Positions 1 through 9,209 of a stretch of 64,000 bases of DNA are shown here, one piece after another (the first letter of the stretch is position 1; every line of letters starts with the position of its first letter). Location: positions 1,828 through 65,827 of the forward strand of contig JANPLC010000241.1 in the NCBI GenBank assembly GCA_031426335.1, read 5' to 3'. Both the position numbers and the translations under genes were made by a program. The notes under the pieces are model-generated. The model saw only the letters and a program-made list of their open reading frames with translations. It had not been told where the DNA came from and did no database searches. The DNA is from Planctomycetota bacterium (GTDB taxonomy: Bacteria; Planctomycetota; UBA11346).

Positions 1-50
1 TGTTTGCCGATTCCTGGTAACGATGCGGCGGGTGGGGTAGACTCCCCACC

Positions 51-590
51 ATGAGCGAGCCTCTCTCACCCGCAGACCAGGAGCTGTTCACCCGCCATTG
101 GACGCAGGCCAGCCGCATGGTGGGCGATTACATCGGCTCTTTGGTCCCCAACTTTCATGAGGCCGAGGACTTGCTGCAGAACGTCGCGGTGGTCCTGTTG
201 CGCAAATATCCGCAGTACGATCCCGCCCAGCCGTTTGCCTTCTGGGCGATGGGGATCGCCCGCTATGAGGTCTTGGGGCGACGTCGGGCATTTGCCCGCA
301 GCCGGACGGTCTTCACTCCTGACCTGGCTGAGCAGGCGGCCGAGGTGGTGCAGGAACTCGACGCCGAATCCGAGGCCCGTCAGCGCGCGCTGCGCGAATG
401 CCTGCGCAGCGTTGGCACCAAGGCCAGCGATGTGCTGCGCCTGCGTTATCAGGAAGCACTCGAACCGCAGGACATCGCCGGACGCCTGGGTGTCTCGGCG
501 GTTTCCATCCGCGTTATGCTCAGCCGTCTGCGCAGCACCTTGCAAGGTTGCATCCAATCCCGCCTGGCGGTGTCGGAGCAGCGTCCATGA
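51..590 (+). CDS. ECF-type RNA polymerase sigma-70 factor
   Basis: 179-aa ORF with ATG at 51. Region-2-like 'EDLLQNVAVVLLRKY...FAFWAMGIARYEVL' and region-4 HTH 'DVLRLRYQEALEPQDIAGRLGVSAVSIRVMLSRLR'. Its stop overlaps the next start (ATGA at 587-590). Confidence 0.9.
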   Translation: MSEPLSPADQELFTRHWTQASRMVGDYIGSLVPNFHEAEDLLQNVAVVLLRKYPQYDPAQPFAFWAMGIARYEVLGRRRAFARSRTVFTPDLAEQAAEVVQELDAESEARQRALRECLRSVGTKASDVLRLRYQEALEPQDIAGRLGVSAVSIRVMLSRLRSTLQGCIQSRLAVSEQRP

Positions 591-2449
591 ACGCTCCCAG
601 CCAACTGATCGACGCTTACCTGGACGATTCTCTGGACGATGCCGGAGTGGCAGAGCTGCAACGCTGGCTCAGCGCTGATCGTGAGCACCTGCGGGAATTC
701 CTGCGTCTGACCGCCATCCATCGTGACCTGCGACGCGAGTTCCTCGGCGCCGCGGCGCGCTCCGGATTCGCTGACAGCGTATCAAATAACGATCAGCCAT
801 CCGCACGGCTTACCCGTCCATCATCGCGGCGTCTGATCGTCCGGCGGCGGCGTCAGCGCGCATCGTGGCAGTGGTTGGGTCTGGCCACAGCAGCTTGCCT
901 GGTCATCGGGATTGCATGGTCATCGCTCCGTTCGGCGCCTGAAATCGGCGAGCGCGTGGTGGTCAGCGCCGGGTCAGCAACTGTCGTACGTGGCGGGGCG
1001 AGCGTCGTGCTGCGGGCAGGCGAACGGGTGCGCGATGGCGACGTGCTGCGCACTGGCGACGCCAGTGCCACCGTGACGTTTGCCGATGGCACCGCGCTGA
1101 CATTGGCTGCCGGTGGTGAACTTGCCCTGCAGGCGTTGGGGGGCGCTGATACCAGCAAACAACTCCGTTTAGTGCAGGGTCGTCTCCATGCGGAGGTGCC
1201 CAAACAGCCGATCGGGCATCCCTTGGTCATCGCCGCGCCGACCGCAACGGCAACGGTGATCGGTACGACCTTCGCTCTGACCAGCACCTCAACCCAGACG
1301 CGTTTGGACGTTGCGCACGGTCGGGTCCGGCTCGAACAACCGACAGCCCAGGCCAGCGTCGAGGTTGCTGCTGGTGAATATGCGGTGGCTGCACCCGACC
1401 GCGTGCTGGTGGTGCGTAAACAGGGCGCATTCCCAGGTGATCAGCCGCTCCACGTCGGAGGCACCAACCGCAACCTCTTGTTGGGTGCGGACGGCAAACG
1501 CTTTGTCATGAAGGGCGTGCAGGTGCATCTCAACCTCTACTACCCACAACTGGGCTCGGAGTATGAAGCCCTGCTCGCTACAGATCGGGCAATGTATCAG
1601 CGCGCCTTTGACGATCGCGCCGCCCTACTCGACGCGATGAAGGCCTGTGGCATCAATACCGTGCGCATCTTCGTCAGCGGCACCGTGGCACTCGACCCCA
1701 ACAACGGGTACCGCACCCGTGCTGAGGGTTATGGCGGATTGACGGGCTACATCCAACGGCTGGTCACCTATGCGGATGATGCCCGCAGTCGTGGTTTTCA
1801 CGTGATCTTCTGCAGCCACGACGGAGATGCCTGGGCAGGCGATGCCGCCTGGGCGCGTTACCAGAAGTTCTATGCCGCGCTGGTGCCAGCCCTCAAGGAC
1901 AACGGCAATGTGCACTACGAACTGGTCCAACAGCCGAATGTCGATGACCGCGAATGGACGCGACTAAGCAAGCGCTCGATCGATCTCTTCCGCTCGCTCG
2001 GCTACAGCGGTCCGCTGATCGTCGGCCTCAATCACATCAACAACTGGTGGTACCAACCTGAAGTCGATGCGGTCGCTCGCCATGATCCACACGTGGTGTT
2101 CAGCCTCCACTTCGCCAAGTGGGTCGGCTGGACACGAACGGCCGGATTCATGGCCCATGGAACAAACCACGCAGTCATTCTCGGCGAGTTCTCTCGCGAA
2201 GTGAATGGCGATGTCGGCGAGGCCGAGGCCATCGCCGCCGCCAGTGCAATGCGCGTACTGGTCGAACAAGGTCTGGCGGTGGGCGCCATCGCCAACGGCT
2301 GGAACATTCGTGATGCTAGGCCGCCGCTCCGCGGTAACGGCATGACTGACGACGATGGCGCGCTCACACCGAATTCGTGGGGCGCCGGGTATCGCGATCA
2401 ATTCAGCGGGCGCTTGCCTGACTGGCTGCCCGCCGTGACGACACCGTAA
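587..2449 (+). CDS. Anti-sigma factor (zf-HC2-less N-terminus, TM, FecR-like domain) fused to a GH5-like (cellulase-family) C-terminal domain
   Basis: Start taken at the internal ATG 587 ('MNAPSQLIDAYLDDSLDDAGVAELQRWL', typical anti-sigma N-terminus), coupled to the sigma stop. TM segment 'WQWLGLATAACLVIGIAW'. FecR-like 'VVRGGASVVLRAGERVRDGDVLRTGDASATVTFADGT'. The C-terminus has 'GINTVRIF' and 'VILGEFS', like a GH5 TIM barrel. Confidence 0.75.
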   Translation: MNAPSQLIDAYLDDSLDDAGVAELQRWLSADREHLREFLRLTAIHRDLRREFLGAAARSGFADSVSNNDQPSARLTRPSSRRLIVRRRRQRASWQWLGLATAACLVIGIAWSSLRSAPEIGERVVVSAGSATVVRGGASVVLRAGERVRDGDVLRTGDASATVTFADGTALTLAAGGELALQALGGADTSKQLRLVQGRLHAEVPKQPIGHPLVIAAPTATATVIGTTFALTSTSTQTRLDVAHGRVRLEQPTAQASVEVAAGEYAVAAPDRVLVVRKQGAFPGDQPLHVGGTNRNLLLGADGKRFVMKGVQVHLNLYYPQLGSEYEALLATDRAMYQRAFDDRAALLDAMKACGINTVRIFVSGTVALDPNNGYRTRAEGYGGLTGYIQRLVTYADDARSRGFHVIFCSHDGDAWAGDAAWARYQKFYAALVPALKDNGNVHYELVQQPNVDDREWTRLSKRSIDLFRSLGYSGPLIVGLNHINNWWYQPEVDAVARHDPHVVFSLHFAKWVGWTRTAGFMAHGTNHAVILGEFSREVNGDVGEAEAIAAASAMRVLVEQGLAVGAIANGWNIRDARPPLRGNGMTDDDGALTPNSWGAGYRDQFSGRLPDWLPAVTTP

Positions 2450-2463
2450 TCGAGAACACTCGT

Positions 2464-3975
2464 ATGAACCTGCACCGCCTCGCCCGTGGGTCTTCGTTGA
2501 CACTCTGCCTAGCGCTGCTCTGCACCGCCGCAGCCGCCAGTCGGGAAGTTGGTCCCGGCATGCCATTGGTGATTCCCATCACCGACGTGATCGGTGGCAC
2601 CGACGTCAAAAACAACGCTAAGAACAACCCGAATGGCGGTTATTTCAGCGTCTTTGACTCGATCAGCGAATTCAAATATCCGGCGACCCACGGCAATCAA
2701 CTCGGCAGCACGGCGATGGTGAATGATCACACGTACTGGGATAGCGTCCCTGGGGGACTGGATCACACCCACGCACCACCGCCAGATGCCGGAGGCGGCT
2801 CGGCGTTGTGGTGGCCGATCCCAGGGGAATGGGCGTCGTACCAATTCACCGTCACCACCCCCGGCTCGTTTTGCGTCCTGACGCGTTTTTCTTCCGGCGC
2901 TGGTCCAGGGCAGGCAGCGCAGGTCAATCTGTCCGTGGACGGTACCAGTAGCGGCCCGATCCCACTCACCCCCGACGATCCCAAGCTGTGGTCTGATACG
3001 CGCTACCAGGTTGGCGGTTGGTGGGGCCACACGATGGTCAGCAGCACGAGTCCCGTCGCTTGGACGCTCGGTGTTGGTACGCACGTGCTCAAAGTGCAGA
3101 TCGAACAAGTGTCGGGGAATCCCAAAGATCACGGCAATTTGTGGATTCGTTATTTCAAAGTCGTGGCGGTGGCCAACGCCGCAAAGGCACCAAAAACCGT
3201 GCTGAAGGCGCTCGTCCCGAAACAAGTCGCAGCGGCCGCCAACGCCTTCAAACAAGCCGTCGAGCACGAACAAAAAGGACGCTTGGGGCAAGCACTGGTG
3301 GCGTATGAAAAAGCGCTGACCGGATCACCGCCCGGCAGCGAACAACTCGAACGCGCGAAAGTCAAAGCGACCGAATTGCGTACCATGGGACAAGAACGCC
3401 TGGCCGCAGCCAAGGCCCTCCCTGCCGCCGAGTCGTCTGCTGCGCTCACCCGCGTGGCGACGGAGTTCTCCGGCTGTGATTTGGGAGCCGACGCGGCCAA
3501 GGCGGCCAAAGAGTCTGCCCAAGCACCGGCTGCTGCCGTGCCGGACAACAACGGCGCGTCTGGCACCAACGCCGCCGCGTGGACTCCCCCCTCCAAAGCT
3601 CAGGCATTGGCCACGCTCAAGACGTTGATCACCGCGACCACCAACAAAAAGCCGGTGGAACTCAGCATGATCATGTTCGGAAAACCACAGCCGGTGGTGG
3701 TGTCAGGCGGCGATGACCGTGCCTTGGCCGTAAAATTCGCCGGCTCCACCGCCGGCCACGACCTGTTGTGGGAGCACATCTCCGCCAGTGAGCTTGCTCG
3801 CCTTGGCCGCGCCTGCGTCGATGGTCGCGCCGCACAGGCACTGGCGGTTGGTGAAGCGTGCATCGGTCTTGGGCAGAAACCGCTTGCGGAGGAGATGCTC
3901 CACCTCGCTGCACGGATAGATCCCACCTTGAATACCACCGTGGCCGAACGTTTGAGCGTGATCAGTCCACGTTGA
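2464..3975 (+). CDS. Secreted protein with an N-terminal CBM6/35-like module and an Ala/Lys-rich helical C-terminus
   Basis: Signal peptide 'MNLHRLARGSSLTLCLALLCTAAAA'. 'WWPIPGEWASYQFTVTTPGSFCVLTRFSSGAG...VNLSVDGTSSGPI' resembles CBM6/35 sandwich modules. Paralogous to the N-terminus of 4216-6234. Confidence 0.7.
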   Translation: MNLHRLARGSSLTLCLALLCTAAAASREVGPGMPLVIPITDVIGGTDVKNNAKNNPNGGYFSVFDSISEFKYPATHGNQLGSTAMVNDHTYWDSVPGGLDHTHAPPPDAGGGSALWWPIPGEWASYQFTVTTPGSFCVLTRFSSGAGPGQAAQVNLSVDGTSSGPIPLTPDDPKLWSDTRYQVGGWWGHTMVSSTSPVAWTLGVGTHVLKVQIEQVSGNPKDHGNLWIRYFKVVAVANAAKAPKTVLKALVPKQVAAAANAFKQAVEHEQKGRLGQALVAYEKALTGSPPGSEQLERAKVKATELRTMGQERLAAAKALPAAESSAALTRVATEFSGCDLGADAAKAAKESAQAPAAAVPDNNGASGTNAAAWTPPSKAQALATLKTLITATTNKKPVELSMIMFGKPQPVVVSGGDDRALAVKFAGSTAGHDLLWEHISASELARLGRACVDGRAAQALAVGEACIGLGQKPLAEEMLHLAARIDPTLNTTVAERLSVISPR

Positions 3976-4215
3976 CCCAACGTAGGTGCATGCTGCGTGT
4001 CAGATCCGTAAAAGATCAAGCCGCACCTCGACTGACACGTGCGTTACCGGACTTCCCTCTGCTAAGCACGCTTGTCTTCCCCCACACGCGTCAGCATCAG
4101 GGCAAGAAAATCCGGTAACGCCTGAGAATCATCAGCAGATATAGCGCGGAACTAACGATCATGTGGCCATCAGTGTCACGGGGTCGAATGCCACAACCCT
4201 GCGCCAGGAGTCACC

Positions 4216-6234
4216 GTGACCCGATATCGTTCCATCTCAGCTCTGTTATTTGCCGCCCTGCTCGCTCTTGGAGTGATGAGGACGGCAGCCGCTGCGGTCC
4301 ATGAAGTGGGGCCAACCACCCCGGTGGTCATCCCGATCAGCGAAGTCATCGGTGGCACCGGCACAGGCAACAACGCCAAGAGCAACCCCAACGGCGGTTA
4401 CTACAGCCACTACGATAATATCGGACAATACACCTATCCACCGACCCATGGCAACCAGTTGGGCGATACCGCGATGGTCAATGACCATATCTGGTGGGAC
4501 AGCAGCCCAGGTGGACTGGACTACACCCATGTGCCGCACCCAGACGCAGGTGGTGGCAATGCGTTATGGTGGCCCATCCCAGGCGAGTGGGCGACGTATG
4601 AATTTAATGTCACTGCGGCGGGCAACTATACGGTGCTATATCGATTCGCTGCGGGTTTGGGGCCGTCGCAAAACGCGGTAATCAGCATGACCGTCGATGG
4701 CGTTTCCAGCGGACCGATCCAGACGAGACCCGATAATCCAGAGCTGTGGACCAATACCTACTACCAGGCCGGCGGCTGGTGGGGCCACACCATGGTGAAC
4801 GGAACATGTCCGGTGGGTTGGACGCTCGCACCAGGGCGGCATGTGCTGAAAGTCTCCATCGATGGGTTCGGCAATAATCCCCATGATCGTGGCGCCTTGT
4901 GGCTGCGCTATTTCAAGATCATGGCCGGTGGGACGCCCGTTACACCACCGGTTACCGTCGCCACGCCGACCATCACGCCGAATGGCGGGACCTTTACCGC
5001 ACCGCAATCCGTGACGTTGGCCTGCACCACCGTCGGCACAGTGATCCGTTACACGCTCGATGGCAGCACGCCGACGGCGACCTCACCGCTGTACAGCGCA
5101 CCCTTCACCATCAGTGCTCTGGGGACCACGGTGGTTAAGGCGATGGCCTTCACGGCCACTGCTCAGAGCGCGGTCGCGAGCGCGACGTTTATTCTTGATC
5201 AGGTGCCCACGGTGGCGACCGCTGCGTCGGCAACGCCGAATCCGGTCAGCGGCACAACCACCCAACTCAGTGTCCTGGGCGCAGATAACGGCGGTGAGAC
5301 CAATCTCAGTTATGCCTGGAGCACGACTGGCACTCCGCCGGCAACGGTGGCCTTCAGCGCCAACCGCAGCAACGCGGCAAAAATCACCACCGCCACGTTC
5401 AGCAAAGTCGGCACCTATACGTTTCTGGTCACCATCAGCGATGCGTTGGCACTGTCCGTCACCAGCAGCGTGACGGTCACGGTCACGGCCACACCCAGTG
5501 GCATCACCGTATCGCCACCGCTGGCCTGGATCGAACAAGGCTCGTCGCTCACGTTTCAGGCCGCGGCGACCGATCAGTTCGGCCACGCCATTGCCGGTAC
5601 CGCGCCCATCACGTGGTCGACAACAGTGGGCAGCATCACCACCGACGGCGTGTTCACCGCCGGCGGCAGTGCCGGTACGGTAACCGTGACCGCCAACGGA
5701 ACGGGCGGCGCGCACGGTGAGGCTACCGTCACGGTGACTGCCGGTTTCGCTGCGACCATCAATGTAGCTCCGCTTCAATCGACACGCTTCGGCACCATGT
5801 TGACGGACAGCGGCCTGCCCTTCGCCAACCGCGGCAACGGCAAGAGCTACGGCTGGAGCCAGGATCTCAACACCTGGACCCGCGAACGTGGGGGCAAGGG
5901 CTCGCCAGCGGTCGACCTTGCCCATGACACGCTGATCTACCTGCAGCGCGCCGGCAATGCGGTGTTTGAAATTGCGGTACCCGACGGGTCCTACCAAGTG
6001 CGTCTGGTATGTGGTGACGGTGCCTACGCGGATGGCGTCCACCGCCTGGCCGCTGAGGGCGTGCTGGTGGTGGATGGAACCGCGGATGCGTCGCACCGTT
6101 GGTTCGAAGGTACTCAAACGGTTACGGTGGCCGATGGTCGACTGACCATCACCTGTGCTGCTGGTGCGATGAACGCGAAACTCTGCCTGATCGACATTAC
6201 CACGGCGACAGTGGCCCCGTTCGCGTCCAACTAG
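4216..6234 (+). CDS. Secreted multidomain carbohydrate-binding protein (CBM-like module, CHB_HEX_C-like, Ig-like repeats, malectin-like C-terminus)
   Basis: GTG start at 4216 preceded by AGGAG (4206-4210), followed by a signal peptide. The N-terminal ~230 aa are paralogous to 2464-3975. 'TPTITPNGGTFTAPQSVTLACTTVGTVIRYTLDGSTPTATSPLYSAPF' is chitobiase/hexosaminidase-C-like. 'YGWSQDL...VPDGSYQVRLVCGDGAYADGVHRL..EGVLVVDG' is malectin-like. Confidence 0.75.
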   Translation: MTRYRSISALLFAALLALGVMRTAAAAVHEVGPTTPVVIPISEVIGGTGTGNNAKSNPNGGYYSHYDNIGQYTYPPTHGNQLGDTAMVNDHIWWDSSPGGLDYTHVPHPDAGGGNALWWPIPGEWATYEFNVTAAGNYTVLYRFAAGLGPSQNAVISMTVDGVSSGPIQTRPDNPELWTNTYYQAGGWWGHTMVNGTCPVGWTLAPGRHVLKVSIDGFGNNPHDRGALWLRYFKIMAGGTPVTPPVTVATPTITPNGGTFTAPQSVTLACTTVGTVIRYTLDGSTPTATSPLYSAPFTISALGTTVVKAMAFTATAQSAVASATFILDQVPTVATAASATPNPVSGTTTQLSVLGADNGGETNLSYAWSTTGTPPATVAFSANRSNAAKITTATFSKVGTYTFLVTISDALALSVTSSVTVTVTATPSGITVSPPLAWIEQGSSLTFQAAATDQFGHAIAGTAPITWSTTVGSITTDGVFTAGGSAGTVTVTANGTGGAHGEATVTVTAGFAATINVAPLQSTRFGTMLTDSGLPFANRGNGKSYGWSQDLNTWTRERGGKGSPAVDLAHDTLIYLQRAGNAVFEIAVPDGSYQVRLVCGDGAYADGVHRLAAEGVLVVDGTADASHRWFEGTQTVTVADGRLTITCAAGAMNAKLCLIDITTATVAPFASN

Positions 6235-6242
6235 GAGCACTC

Positions 6243-6602
6243 ATGAACCCTCTCAAGCGTCCGCTGCGTCAGCGCTTCGTCCGTCAGTCGTTGGTTTGCA
6301 TGACCGCTGCCAGCATGCTCGTGCTGCTCGCAGCGTGCGGTTCCTTCGCGTTTGCACCCGGCAGCGTGGTCAGCAAACACCAGGTGACCGAATACCACCC
6401 CAACGGTCGCGTGAAGCTCCAGGGCTGGGTCGGCGTCAACGACCAGGGCACTGAAGTGAAGACCGATGACTGGCAGCTGTGGTACGACAACGGGCAACCG
6501 CAGTGGCAGGGCTTCTACCGCAACGATGTCGTAGATGCCGATCGCGAATGGAAAGAATGGAACCGCAACGGCAGCCTACGCGACACCTGGATTGATGACT
6601 GA
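6243..6602 (+). CDS. Lipoprotein with MORN-variant (YwqK-like) repeats
   Basis: Internal ATG at 6243. Lipobox-like 'LVLLAAC|GS'. Repeats 'EYHPNGRVKLQGWV', 'WQLWYDNGQPQWQGFY', 'WKEWNRNGSL'. Confidence 0.65.
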   Translation: MNPLKRPLRQRFVRQSLVCMTAASMLVLLAACGSFAFAPGSVVSKHQVTEYHPNGRVKLQGWVGVNDQGTEVKTDDWQLWYDNGQPQWQGFYRNDVVDADREWKEWNRNGSLRDTWIDD

Positions 6603-6673
6603 ACCAACACCGCAGGGCCACGGACGGCACCTGCCTTTCATCCGCGGCCGCGTGCGGCCGCCGGAAGGATTTC

Positions 6674-7321
6674 ATGCGCCATTTTATCGCCGCCTTATTC
6701 CTGCCCGCTCTCTGTGCCCCGCTGGCGCAGCTGAACGCCGAAGACCATGACATCTTCGGCTGGCAACACCTCAATGATCTACGCGTCGGCTACTCAACGA
6801 TGCCGCTGAAGGCCACGATTGATACCAAGGCCAACAACGCTCAGGGATACGAAAAAGACGGACAGCTCCAATCGGGATCGCGTTTTTCTCTGATGTGGGT
6901 GCTGCCGCTTTCGGAGTTGTCCCCTGACGGCGGTGGGCTGTTCGCGCTGGAGGCGTCCTCCACCACCTACCATCAGGACCAGACGCTGGATGATCCCGAG
7001 ATCACACTCAAGGCGTACGCGTTGACGTTCCATCCGGCTCTGGCATGGGCACTGACCAACGAGCTTCACCTGGAGTTGGGTCCATTCGTGGGCATCGGTC
7101 TATCGTCGATCAGCGAAGGGAGCGGACAGGGTACCTATTTCGAATTTGGCGGACGACTCGCGTTTTACTGGACCATCCGTAATCATTTTCAGATTGGCAT
7201 CGACGCACGTTACCTGGGCACGTACGCGCGTCAGAACTTTACCTATGGCGCATCGAGCGAAGATGTGGAGATCCGTACCCAAGGTGCATCCGGCGGACTG
7301 CAACTTGGCTACCGCTTCTGA
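6674..7321 (+). CDS. Outer-membrane beta-barrel protein
   Basis: Signal peptide 'MRHFIAALFLPALCAPLAQLNA'. Alternating amphipathic strands and a C-terminal '...GGLQLGYRF' ending in an aromatic residue, typical of OMP barrels. Confidence 0.6.
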   Translation: MRHFIAALFLPALCAPLAQLNAEDHDIFGWQHLNDLRVGYSTMPLKATIDTKANNAQGYEKDGQLQSGSRFSLMWVLPLSELSPDGGGLFALEASSTTYHQDQTLDDPEITLKAYALTFHPALAWALTNELHLELGPFVGIGLSSISEGSGQGTYFEFGGRLAFYWTIRNHFQIGIDARYLGTYARQNFTYGASSEDVEIRTQGASGGLQLGYRF

Positions 7322-7538
7322 GCTGAATACAGGCACTTGCCGAATTCGACTGGGGAAAATTGGTGTAAAGTCAAATTTTCCCCGCTCTGGTTTCACCGAG
7401 ATCGATGTCGGTGAAAACCGCAGCGCCATTTGATGGTGACCGACACCGCGGAAACATGGACGCGGAGAAGGTCAGGTCACCCAGGTCGCTCCATCGTAGA
7501 CGCTGAGATCGACTCAGTCTGCGGACGTGTGGAGACAA

Positions 7539-7766
7539 CTACCGGCGGAATCCGACCACGCTCCATTCAGCGGGCTCCAGTCCTTGACGATATCCGCGCT
7601 GACATCGACCGCTGGAGCCGGTGCGAGTGGCACCCTCACGCGGCCAGCATTGCCCAGCGGGATCCAACTCCGCGCTGAACGCTGGAGCGACTGATTTCTC
7701 TGCCGTGGTCGCTGGCAGCAACACCACGCACAACAAACCGATGACCGCTCCCAGGCGCGTGCTCAT
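7539..7766 (-). CDS. Hypothetical small protein with signal-peptide-like N-terminus (possibly a gene fragment)
   Basis: ATG at 7766 overlaps the stop of the upstream BNR remnant (ATGA). 'MSTRLGAVIGLLCVVLLPATTA'. The downstream part looks more protein-like in another frame, so it may be frameshifted. Confidence 0.25.
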   Translation of the reverse strand: MSTRLGAVIGLLCVVLLPATTAEKSVAPAFSAELDPAGQCWPREGATRTGSSGRCQRGYRQGLEPAEWSVVGFRR

Positions 7767-8543
7767 CGCGGCCACGTGGCAATAAAGTAGCCGCGGCCGT
7801 TGCTGCCGAAGACCAGCCGCGTGGGATTATGCGGATCCAACGCCAGGACACCGCCACGCAACATCGGCAGACCATCACTCTGCTGCGACCAGGTCACCCC
7901 TCCATAGTTGGTTATCCATATTCCCGTCGCGCGGGTCTGATCGTGGTACGGATTGTCGATGGTGGAGAACGCGATGCGGCGCGGATCACCGGGATCGATC
8001 ACCACCTGACCCATGCGCTCGTGTTCGCGCAGCTTGGTCCAATTGCCATCGTCACAGCGCCACACGGCATTTTCCGTGGCCACCACCATAACCTCGTCGC
8101 CTTTACCGCCCACGGCAACTGGCTCGTCCTCCGTCGGTGCTCACCCACACACCCTTATTGTGGAGTGCGACATAGATGGGCGGGTTGGTTCCCGGTCCGA
8201 AGCCCGACGCCATGACATCGGCGTGGCCATCGATACGGCTGAGTTCTTTCCAACTGGTACCGTCGTCAACGCTCTCCCACACCGCCCACACCGCCTTGCC
8301 GTCTGGATTGCTCCAACGCCGGCGACTGCCACCAAAGGCCAACAGTCGCCCAGCGCGCTGTGGATCGATCAGGATTTTCTGCACCGGCGCGCTGTAACTG
8401 CCCCACGAGACCGGTGGAAAACACTGACGTTTCCATTCCCAATGATGCCCGCCATCACGACTGACGCAGGGTCCACTCATGGTCCCGGCCCACACCACCT
8501 TGGAATCCTTCGGATGAAAGGTGAACTCGCCAACCCCCGCACG
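7763..8543 (-). pseudogene. BNR/Asp-box repeat (sialidase/GH74-like beta-propeller) gene remnant, 5'-truncated and frameshifted
   Basis: Two overlapping ORFs in different frames (8103-8498 and 7763-8113) both carry Asp-box motifs ('SRDGGHHW', 'SVDDGTSW', 'STDGG', 'NYGGVTW'). An upstream in-frame stop lies near 8544, and there is no signal peptide or N-terminus. Confidence 0.6.
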
Positions 8544-8843
8544 TTACTGACTTTCACCAAGCAACGACATCTGCCCCGTATTCCGGTAACCCCACCTACC
8601 GGTCATAGGTAGCCAACGCCAAGCCGCCAAGATGGAGAAAACCATCACAATCCTCGTTCTTGGCGCCTTGGCGTTGGATCTTTCCCCTCGTTCAGTTGAC
8701 ACCCCGGTCACCAGACGACCACCCGACTGCGGGCGAACGAATGGACGTGCGTTGGCCAAAGCCCATGGAGCCCCCGCCTACCAATTCACCTCGTTCGGCA
8801 GATCGTTCACATGGTGGTCTGTGCCACTGTCGGCACGCTGATC

Positions 8844-9155
8844 TCATCGCCGACCGGTATGGATGAAAATCCCGGAGTTGGATTCCGGTTCGCTGCGGGT
8901 GATCACTTCCAACTCAAAGTTGGTGAAGCGCTCAAATGGTTCCTTGCCTCCATTATAAAACAGATGCGAACTGGCCTTGGTCGCATTCGCGCGGATGGCG
9001 CCATCGACCACTGACCACGAACCGGCTTCGACATTGGCGCGCCAGCCATCGAGGTCCTTGCCGTTGAAGAGGTCGCGCCAGCCGTCGTCGGCGGCGTGCA
9101 AGACGGAACAGAGGACGAGGGCAAACCCAGTGAGGGTGCTACGGATCATGGACAT
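8844..9155 (-). pseudogene. DUF1080 (3-keto-disaccharide hydrolase-like) protein, C-terminally truncated
   Basis: Signal peptide followed by 'DGWRDLFNGKDLDGWRA...WSVVDGAI...FTNFELEVITRSEPESNSGIFIH'. The ORF stops after ~103 aa, roughly half a normal DUF1080 domain. No continuation was found in the other frames. Confidence 0.5.
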
Positions 9156-9209
9156 GGACGAACTCCGGTCGGGGTGGAAGCGGGCACAGAATACCAGTGG
9201 ATCAGGGCG

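Noticed and set aside
15-43. Sigma-70-like promoter TGGTAA-N17-TAGACT just upstream of the first ECF gene
   Set aside because: The spacing fits, but it would make the mRNA essentially leaderless. The match is weak and the window edge hides the upstream context, so there is not enough support.
4148-4177. ECF-type promoter (GGAAC ... GTC) upstream of 4216-6234
   Set aside because: The distance between GGAAC (4148-4152) and the nearest GTC (4175-4177) is ~22 nt. That is longer than the 16-17 nt typical for ECF promoters, so it is probably a chance match.
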